DNA of 64,000 nucleotides from Eledone cirrhosa (taxonomy: Eukaryota): contig OZ024740.1 in NCBI GenBank assembly GCA_964016885.1, positions 251,348,001 to 251,412,000 of the forward strand, read 5' to 3'. Positions 54,401 to 64,000 of this stretch are shown here, piece by piece; the first letter of the stretch is position 1, and each line of letters opens with the position of its first letter. Below the pieces are notes generated by a model, which ran no database searches, was not told the DNA's origin, and saw only the letters and a list, made by a program, of their open reading frames with translations. The translations under genes and the position numbers were made by a program.

Positions 54401-57400
54401 TTTTTTACAAATTATCTCCCCCTGATTTTTTTTTACAAATTATCTCCCCCTGATTTTTTTTACAAATTATCTCCCCCTGATTTTTTTTACAAATTATCTC
54501 CCCCTGATTTTTTTTTACAAATTATCTCCCCTTGATTTTTTTTTACAAATTATCTCCCCCTGATTTTTTTTTTACAAATTATCTCCCCCTGATTTTTTTA
54601 CAAATTATCTCCCCCTGATTTTTTTTACAAATTATCTCCCCCTGATTTTTTTTACAAATTATCTCCCCTTGATTTTTTTTTACAAATTATCTCCCCCTGA
54701 TTTTTTTTTTACAAATTATCTCCCCCTGATTTTTTTAAAAATTATCTTCCCTTGGCTGGCGGGAAATTATCTCCCCTTGGACGGCTGGAAATTATCTCCC
54801 CTTGGAAGGATGTAAATTATCTCCCCTTGGACGGCTGGAAATTATCTCCCCTTGCACGGCTGGAAATTATCTCCCCTTGATTTTTTTTACAAATTATCTC
54901 CCCCTGATTTTTTTTTACAAATTATCTCCCCCTGATTTTTTTTTACAAATTATCTCCCCCTGATTTTTTTTACAAATTATCTCCCCCTGATTTAAAAAAA
55001 AAAAATTATCTCCTCTTCGCTGGCTGGAAATTATCTCCCCTTGGACGCTGGAAATTATAGCCCCTTGGAGGGCTGGAAATTATCTTCCCTTGGACGGCTG
55101 GAAATTATCTTCCCTTGGACGGCTGGAAATTATCTCCCCTTGATTTTTTTTACAAATTATCTCCCCCTGATTTTTTTTTACAAATTATCTCCCCCTGATT
55201 TTTTTTTACAAATTATCTCCCCCTGATTTTTTTTTTACAAATTATCTCCGCTTGATTTTTAAAAAAAAATTATCTCCCCTTGGACGGCTGGAAATTATCT
55301 CCCCTTGGACGGCTGGAAATTATCTCCCCTTGGACGGCTAGAAATTATCTCTCCTTGGACGGCTGAAAATTATCTCCCCCTTGGACGGCTGCAAATTATC
55401 TCCCCTTGATTTTTTTGACAAATTATCTCCCCCTGATTTTTTTTTACAAATTATCTCCCCCTCATTTTTTTTACAAATTATCTACCCCTGATTTTTTTTA
55501 CAAATTATCTCCCCCTGATTTTTTTTTACAAATTATCTCCCTCTGATTTTTTTTTACAAATTATCTCCCCCTGATTTTTTTTTTACAAATTATCTCCCCC
55601 TGATTTTTTTAAAAATTATCTCCCCCTGATTTTTTTACAATCTCCGCCTGATTTTTTTAAAAATTATCTTCCCTTGGCTGGCGGGAAATTATCTCCCCTT
55701 GGACGGCTGGAAATTATCTCCCCTTGGAAGGATGGAAATTATCTCCCCTTGGACGGCTGGAAATTATCTCCCCTTGCACGGCTGGAAATTATCTCCCCTT
55801 GGCTGGAAATTATCTCCCCTTGGACGGCTAGAAATTATCTCTCTTTGGACGGCTGGAAATTATGTCCCTTTGATTTTTTTTACAAATTATCTACCTCTGA
55901 TATTTTTTACAAATCTCCCCCTGATTTTTTAAAAAAAATTATCTCCCCTTCGCTGGCTGGAAATTATCTCCCCTTGGACACTGGAAATTATAGCCCCTTG
56001 GAGGGCTGGAAATTATCTTCCCTTGGACGGCTGGAAATTATCTCCCCTTGATTTTTTTTACAAATTATCTCCGCCTGATTTTTTTTAAAAATTATCTCTC
56101 CTTGGACGGCTGGAAATTATCTCCCCTTGATTTTTTTTACAAATTATCTCCCCCTGATTTTTTTTTACAAATTATCTCCCCCTAATTTTTTTTTACAAAT
56201 TATCTACCCCTGATTTTTTTTACAAATTATCTCCCCCTGATTTTTTTTACAAATTATCTCCCCCTGATTTTTCTTTTACAAATTATCTCCCCCTGATTTT
56301 TTTACAAATTATCTCCCCCTGATTTTTTTTACAAATTATCTCCGCCTGATTTTTTTAAATATTATCTTCCCTTGGCTGGCGGGAAATTATCTCCCCTTGG
56401 ACGGCTGGAAATTATCTGCCCTTGATTTTGTTTTTACAAATTATCTTCCACTGATTTTTTTTACAAATTATCTCCACCTGATTTTTTAAAAAAATTATCT
56501 CCCCTTGGAAGGCTGGAAATTATCTCCCCTTGGACGGCTAGAAATTATCTCTCTTTGGACGGCTGGAAATTATCTCCCCTTGATTTTTTTTACAAATTAT
56601 CTCCCCCTGATTTTTTTTACAAATATCCCAGTGATTTTTTTTAAAAAATTATCTCCCCTTCGCTGGCTGGAAATTATCTCCCCTTGGACGCTGGAAATTA
56701 TAGCCCCTTGGAGGGCTGGAAATTATCTTCCCTTGGACGGCTGGAAATTATCTCCCCTTGATTTTTTTTACAAATTATCTCCCCCTGATTTTTTTTTTCA
56801 AATTATCTCCCCCTGATTTTTTTTTACAAATTATCTCCCCCTGATTTTTTTTTACAACTTATCTCCGCCTGATTTTTTTTAAAAAATCATCTCCCCTTGG
56901 ACGGCTGGAAATTATCTCCCCTTGGACGGCTGGAAATTATCTCTCCTTGGACGGCTAGAAATTACCTCTCCTTGGACAATTGAAAATTATCTCCCCTTGG
57001 ACGGCTGGAAATTATCTCCCCTTGATTTTTTTTACAAATTATCTCCCCCTGATTTTTTTTACAAATTATCTCCCCTGATTTTTTTTTACAAATTATCTCC
57101 CCCTGATTTTTTTTTACAAATTATCTCCCCCTGATTTTTTTTACAAATTATCTTCCCCTGATTTTTTTACAAATTATCTCCCCTTGGCTGGCTGGAAATT
57201 ATCTCCCCTTGGAGGCAGGAATTTATCTCCCCTTGGACGGGTAGAAATTACCTCTCCTTGGACGGCTGGAAAATATGTCTCCTTGGACGGCTGGAAATTA
57301 TCTCCCCTTGGACGGCTGGAAATTATCTCCCCTTGGACGGCTGGAAATTATCTCCCCTTGGACGGCTAGAAATTACTTCTCCTTGGACGGCTGAAAATTA

Positions 57401-60400
57401 TCTCCCCTTGGACGGCTGGAAATTATCTCCCCTTGATTTTTTTACAAATTATCTCCCCCTGATTTTTTTTTACAAATTATCTCCCCCTGATTTTTTTTAC
57501 AAATTATCTCCCCCTGATTTTTTTTACAAATTATCTCCCCCTGATTTTTTTTACAAATTATCTCCGCCTGATTTTTTTAAATATTATCTCTCCTTGGCTG
57601 GCGGGAAATTATCTCCCCTTGGACGGCTGCAAATTATCTCCGCTTGATTTTTTTTACAAATTATCTCCCCCTGATTTTTTTTTAAAAATTATCTCCCCCT
57701 GATTTTTTTTACAAATTATCTCCCCTGATTTTTTTTTACAAATTATCTCCCCCTGATTTTTTTTTACAAATTATCTCCCCCTGATTTTTTTTTTACAAAT
57801 TATCTCCCCCTGATTTTTTTACAAATTATCTCCCCCTGATTTTTTTTACAATCTCCGCTTGATTTTTTTAAAAATTATCTTCCCTTGGCTGGCGGGAAAT
57901 TATCTCCCCTTGGACGGCTGGAAATTATCTCCCCTTGGAAGGATGGAAATTATCTCCCCTTGGACGGCTGGAAATTATCTCCCCTTGCACGGCTGGAAAT
58001 TATCTCCCCTTGGCTGGAAATTATCTCCCCTTGGACGGCTAGAAATTATCTCTCTTTGGATGGCTGGAAATTATCTCCCTTTGATTTTTTTACAAATTAT
58101 CTCCCTCTGATTTTTTTTACAAATCGCCCTGATTTTTTTTTACAAATTATCTCCCCCTGATTTTTTTTACAAACTATCTCCCCCTGATTTTTTTACAAAT
58201 TATCTCCCCTTGGCTGGCTGGAAATTATCTCCCCTTGGAGGCTGGAATTTATCTCCCCTTGGACGGCTAGAAATTACCTCTCCTTGGACGGCTGGAAAAT
58301 ATGTCTCCTTGGACGGCTGGAAATTATCTCCCCTTGGACGGCTGGAAATTACCTCTCCTTGGACGGCTGAAAATTATCTCCCCTTGGACGGCTGGAAATT
58401 ATCTCCCCTTGATTTTTTTACAAATTATCTCCCCCTGATTTTTTTTTTACAAATTATCTCCCCCTGATTTTTTTTACAAATTATCTACGCCTGATTTTTT
58501 TAAATATTATCTCTCCTTGGCTGGCGGGAAATTATCTCCCCTTGGACGGCTGGAAATTATCTCCCCTTGGAAGGATGGAAATTATCTCCCCTTGGACGGC
58601 TGGAAATTATCTCCCCTTGCACTGCTGGAAATTATCTCCCCTTGGACGGCTGGAAATTATCTGCCCTTGATTTTGTTTTTACAAATTATCTTCCCCTGAT
58701 TATTTTTACAAATTATCTCCACCTGATTTTTAAAAAAATTATCTACCCTTGGACGGCTGGAAATTATCTCCCCTTGGCTGGAAATTATCTCCCCTTGGAC
58801 GGCTAGAAATTATCTCTCTTTGGACGGCTGGAAATTATCTCCCCTTGATTTTTTTTACAAATTATCTCCCCCTGATTTTTTTTACAAATTATCCCCCCAT
58901 GATTTTTAAAAAAAAAATTATCTCCCCTTCGCTGGCTGGAAATTATCTCCCCTTGGACGCTGGAAATTATAGCCCCTTGGAGGGCTGGAAATTATCTTCC
59001 CTTGGACGGCTGGAAATTATCTCCCCTTGATTTTTTTTACAAATTATCTCCCCCTGATTTTTTTTTACAAATTATCTCCCCCTGATTTTTTTTTTACAAA
59101 TTATCTCCGCCTGATTTTTTTAAAAAAATTATCTCCCCTTGGACGGCTGGAAATTATCTCCCCTTGGACGGCTGGAAATTATCTCCCGTTGGACGGCTAG
59201 AAATTACCTCTCCTTGGACGGCTGAAAATTATCTCCCCTTGGACGGCTGCAAATTATCTCCCCTTGATTTTTTTTACAAATTATCCCCCCATGATTTAAA
59301 AAAAAAAAATTATCTCCCCTTCGCTGGCTGGAAATTATCTCCCCTTGGACGCTGGAAATTATAGCCCCTTGGAGGGCTGGAAATTATCTTCCCTTGGACG
59401 GCTGGAAATTATCTCCCCTTGATTTTTTTTACAAATTATCTCCCTCTGATTTTTTTTTACAAATTATCTACCACTGATTTTTTTTTACAAATTATCTCCC
59501 CCTGATTTTTTTTTTACAAATTATCTCCGCGTGATTTTTTTTAAAAAATTATCTCCCCTTGGACGGCTGGAAATTATCTCCCCTTGGACGGCTAGAAATT
59601 ATCTCGCCTTGGACGGCTAGAAATTACCTCTCCTTGGACGGCTGAAAATTATCTCCCCTTGGACGGCTGCAAATTATCTCCCCTTGATTTTTTTTACAAA
59701 TTATCTCCCCCTGATTTTTTTTACAAATTATCTCCCCCTGATTTTTTTTACAAATTATCTCCCCCTGATTTTTTTTTACAAATTATCTCCCCCTGATTTT
59801 TTTTACAAATTATCTCCCCCTGATTTTTTTTACAAATTATCTCCCCCTGATTTTTTTTTACAAATTATCTCCCCCTGATTTTTTTTACAATCTCCGCCTG
59901 ATTTTTTAAAAAATTATCTTCCCTTGGCTGGCGGGAAATTATCTCCCCTTGAACGGCTGGAAATTATCTCCCCTTGGACGGCTAGAAATTATCTCTCTTT
60001 GGACGGCTGGAAATTATCTCCCCTTGATTTTTTTTACAAATTATCTCCCCCTGATTTTTTTTACAAATTATCCCCGCATGATTTTTAAAAAAAAAATTAT
60101 CTCCCCTTCGCTGGCTGGAAATTATCTCCCCTTGGACGCTGGAAATTATAGCCCCTTGGAGGGCTGGAAATTATCTTCCCTTGGACGGCTGGAAATTATC
60201 TCCCCTTAATTTTTTTTACAAATTATCTCCCCCTGATTTTTTTTTACAAATTATCTCCCCCTGATTTTTTTTTACAAATTATCTCCCCCTGATTTTTTTT
60301 TTTACAAATTATCTCCGCCTGATTTTTAAAAAAAAATTATCTCCCCTTGGACGGCTGGAAATTATCTCCCCTTGGACGGCTGGAAATTATCTCCCCTTGG

Positions 60401-63400
60401 ACGGCTAGAAATTACCTCTCCTTGGACGGCTGAAAATTATCTCCCCTTGGACGGCTGCAAATTATCTCCCCTTGATTTTTTTTACAAATTATCTCCCCCT
60501 GATTTTTTTTACAAATTATCTCCCCCTGATTTTTTTTACAAATTATCTCCCCCTGATTTTTTTTTACAAATTATCTCCCCCTGATTTTTTTTTACAAATT
60601 ATCTCCCCCTGATTTTTTTTACAAATTATCTCCCCCTGATTTTTTTTACAACTTATCTCCCCCTGATTTTTTTTTACAAATTATCTCCCCTTGATTTTTT
60701 TTTACAAATTATCTCCCCCTGATTTTTTTTTTACAAATTATCTCCCCCTGATTTTTTTACAAATTATCTCCCCCTGATTTTTTTTACAAATTATCTCCCC
60801 CTGATTTTTTTTACAAATTATCTCCCCTTGATTTTTTTTTTACAAATTATCTCCCCTTGATTTTTTTTTACAAATTATCTCCCCCTGATTTTTTTTTTAC
60901 AAATTATCTCCCCCTGATTTTTTTTAAAATTATCTTCCCTTGGCTGGCGGGAAATTATCTCCCCTTGGACGGCTGGAAATTATCTCCCCTTGGAAGGATG
61001 TAAATTATCTCCCCTTGGACGGCTGGAAATTATCTCCCCTTGCACGGCTGGAAATTATCTCCCCTTGATTTTTTTTACAAATTATCTCCCCCTGATTTTT
61101 TTTTACAAATTATCTCCCCCTGATTTTTTTTTACAAATTATCTCCCCCTGATTTTTTTTACAAATTATCTCCCCCTGATTTAAAAAAAAAAAATTATCTC
61201 CCCTTCGCTGGCTGGAAATTATCTCCCCTTGGACGCTGGAAATTATAGCCCCTTGGAGGGCTGGAAATTATCTTCCCTTGGACGGCTGGAAATTATCTTC
61301 CCTTGGACGGCTGGAAATTATCTCCCCTTGATTTTTTTTACAAATTATCTCCCCCTGATTTTTTTTTACAAATTATCTCCCTCTGATTTTTTTTTACAAA
61401 TTATCTCCCCCTGATTTTTTTTTTACAAATTATCTCCCCCTGATTTTTTTACAAATTATCTCCCCCTGATTTTTTTTACAATCTCCGCCTGATTTTTTAA
61501 AAAATTATCTTCCCTTGGCTGGCGGGAAATTATCTCCCCTTGGACGGCTGGAAATTATCTCCCCTTGGACGGCTAGAAATTATCTCTCTTTGGACGGCTG
61601 GAAATTATCTCCCCTTGATTTTTTTTACAACTTATCTCCGCCTGATTTTTTTTAAAAAATCATCTCCCCTTGGACGGCTGGAAATTATCTCCCCTTGGAC
61701 GGCTGGTATTATCTCTCCTTGGACGGCTAGAAATTACCTCTCCTTGGATAATTGAAAATTATCTCCCCTTGGACGGCTGGAAATTATCTCCCCTTGATTT
61801 TTTTTACAAATTATCTCCCACTGATTTTTTTTACAAATTATCTCCCCTGATTTTTTTTTACAAATTATCTCCCCCTGATTTTTTTTTACAAATTATCTCC
61901 CCCTGATTTTTTTTACAAATTATCTCCCCCTGATTTTTTTACAAATTATCTCCCCTTGGCTGGCTGGAAATTATCTCCCCTTGGAGGCAGGAATTTATCT
62001 CCCCTTGGACGGCTAGAAATTACCTCTCCTTGGACGGCTGGAAAATATGTCTCCTTGGACGGCTGGAAATTATCTCCCCTTGGACGGCTGGAAATTATCT
62101 CCCCTTGGACGGCTGGAAATTATCTCCCCTTGGACGGCTAGAAATTACCTCTCCTTGGACGGCTGAAAATTATCTCCCCTTGGACGGCTGGAAATTATCT
62201 CCCCCTGATTTTTTTTACAAATTATCTCCCCCTGATTTTTTTTACAAATTATCTCCGCCTGATTTTTTTAAATATTATCTCTCCTTGGCTGGCGGGAAAT
62301 TATCTCCCCTTGGACGGCTGCAAATTATCTCCGCTTGATTTTTTTTACAAATTATCTTCCCCTGATTTTTTTTTACAAATTATCTCCCCCTGATTTTTTT
62401 TACAAATTATCTCCCCTGATTTTTTTTTACAAATTATCTCCCCCTGATTTTTTTTTACAAATTATCTCCCCCTGATTTTTTTTTACAAATTATCTCCCCC
62501 TGATTTTTTTACAAATTATCTCCCCCTGATTTTTTTTACAATCTCCGCCTGATTTTTTTAAAAATTATCTTCCCTTGGCTGGCGGGAAATTATCTCCCCT
62601 TGGACGGCTGGAAATTATCTCCCCTTGGAAGGATGGAAATTATCTCCCCTTGGACGGCTGGAAATTATCTCCCCTTGCACGGCTGGAAATTATCTCCCCT
62701 TGGCTGGAAATTATCTCCCCTTGGACGGCTAGAAATTATCTCTCTTTGGATGGCTGGAAATTATCTCCCTTTGATTTTTTTTACAAATTATCTCCCTCTG
62801 ATTTTTTTTACAAATCTCCCCCTGATTTTTTTTTACAAATTATCTCCCCCTGATTTTTTTTACAAACTATCGCCCCTGATTTTTTTACAAATTATCTCCC
62901 CTTGGCTGGCTGGAAATTATCTCCCCTTGGAGGCTGGAATTTATCTCCCCTTGGACGGCTGGAAATTACCTCTCCTTGGACGGCTGAAAATTATCTCCCC
63001 TTGGACGGCTGGAAATTATCTCCCCTTGATTTTTTTACAAATTATCTCCCCCTGATTTTTTTTTTACAAATTATCTCCCCCTGATTTTTTTTACAAATTA
63101 TCTACGCCTGATTTTTTTAAATATTATCTCTCCTTGGCTGGCGGGAAATTATCTCCCCTTGGAAGGATGGAAATTATCTCCCCTTGGACGGCTGGAAATT
63201 ATCTCCCCTTGCACTGCTGGAAATTATCTCTCCTTGGACGGCTGGAAATTATCTGCCCTTGATTTTGTTTTTACAAATTATCTTCCCCTGATTATTTTTA
63301 CAAATTATCTCCACCTGATTTTTTAAAAAATTATCTCCCCTTGGACGGCTGGAAATTATCTCCCCTTGGCTGGAAATTATCTCCCCTTGGACGGCTAGAA

Positions 63401-64000
63401 ATTATCTCTCTTTGGACGGCTGGAAATTATCTCCCCTTGATTTTTTTTACAAATTATCTCCCCCTGATTTTTTTTACAAATTATCTCCCCATGATTTTTA
63501 AAAAAAAAATTATCTCCCCTTCGCTGGCTGGAAATTATCTCCCCTTGGACGCTGGAAATTATAGCCCCTTGGAGGGCTGGAAATTATCTTCCCTTGGACG
63601 GCTGGAAATTATCTCCCCTTGATTTTTTTTACAAATTATCTCCCCCTGATTTTTTTTTACAAATTATCTCCCCCTGATTTTTTTTTTACAAATTATCTCC
63701 GCCTGATTTTTTTAAAAAAATTATCTCCCCTTGGACGGCTGGAAATTATCTCCCCTTGGACGGCTGGAAATTATCTCCCCTTGGACGGCTAGAAATTACC
63801 TCTCCTTGGACGGCTGAAAATTATCTCCCCTTGGACGGCTGCAAATTATCTCCCCTTGATTTTTTTTACAAATTATCCCCCCATGATTTAAAAAAAAAAA
63901 ATTATCTCCCCTTCGCTGGCTGGAAATTATCTCCCCTTGGACGCTGGAAATTATAGCCCCTTGGAGGGCTGGAAATTATCTTCCCTTGGACGGCTGGAAA
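43417..64000 (+). repeat. 12,256-12,257-bp higher-order duplication (copy 1 from ~43417, copy 2 from ~55674, truncated by the window end)
   Basis: ORF offsets are constant: 43442/55699, 44248/56505, 45954/58210, 48116/60372, 50319/62575 and 51085/63341. Shared private variants: TTATGTCC (~43605/55861), CGGGTAG (~44981/57238), TTACTTCT (~45117/57374) and GGTATTATC (~49449/61705). Confidence 0.93.

Larger units (their letters stand above)
1..64000 (+). repeat. Compound tandem satellite array of two interleaved monomer types (25-bp A and ~27-bp poly-T B) sharing the core AAATTATCTCCCCYTG; extends beyond both window edges
   Basis: The core AAATTATCTCCCC, or a 1-4 nt variant, recurs every 21-30 bp from start to end, always on the same strand. 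I saw no unique intervening sequence. Confidence 0.99.

Noticed and set aside
50-63956. About 140 short plus-strand ORFs (KLSPLG / NYLPL / EIISP / DFFY motifs), the longest 237 aa at 43081-43794
   Set aside because: They are three-frame translations of 25/27-bp monomers, nearly all starting at TTG, overlapping each other and broken by homopolymer length changes. They show no domain-like content.
1-64000. CRISPR-like repeat-spacer appearance
   Set aside because: The constant part is only ~16 bp, and the 9-14-bp spacers fall into two recurring classes rather than being unique. No cas genes or leader are present.
1-64000. Absence of minus-strand ORFs as a sign of coding-strand selection
   Set aside because: Each monomer has TTA on the plus strand (TAA on the minus), and unit lengths not divisible by 3 put stops in all frames.
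1-64000. Telomerase-synthesised telomeric repeat (long yeast-type 25-bp units)
   Set aside because: The 64-kb length, two monomer classes and kb-scale HORs with inherited variants indicate recombinational amplification, not templated addition.
1-64000. Whole array as a sequencing or assembly artefact
   Set aside because: Hierarchically shared variants and reproducible homopolymer lengths are hard to generate artefactually. Exact HOR copy numbers still need read support.
1-64000. Phased A-tract macroscopic curvature (kinetoplast-like bent DNA)
   Set aside because: The B period of 27-28 bp is about 2.6 helical turns, so successive T tracts are largely out of phase and would not add coherently.

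Overview
The whole 64 kb window is one uninterrupted, single-orientation, non-coding tandem satellite array of roughly 2,400-2,500 short monomers (estimate: 64,000 / ~26). Two monomer types share the core AAATTATCTCCCC(C/T)TG. Type A is a 25-bp GC-richer unit (AAATTATCTCCCCTTGGACGGCTGG). Type B is a 26-30-bp poly-T unit (AAATTATCTCCCCCTGA-T7..11-AC; 27 bp with T8). Runs of A and runs of B alternate through stereotyped junction monomers and form reusable modules. The modules build nested higher-order repeats (HORs): about 0.42, 0.93, 1.3 and 1.64 kb sub-units, a ~5.12-kb HOR (~3.9 copies, 1-~20 kb), a ~9.2-9.5-kb duplication (~22-40.6 kb) and a 12,256-bp duplication (~43.4 kb to the end). The window start also recurs at offsets of 50,269 and 62,525. 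All ORFs in the track are translations of the repeat. I see no genes, RNA genes, transposons or CRISPR array. The organisation resembles eukaryotic heterochromatic satellite (centromeric or subtelomeric), but I cannot identify the organism, family or function from the sequence. Periods come from offsets between matching ORF-track entries and hand-checked variants; block boundaries are approximate.
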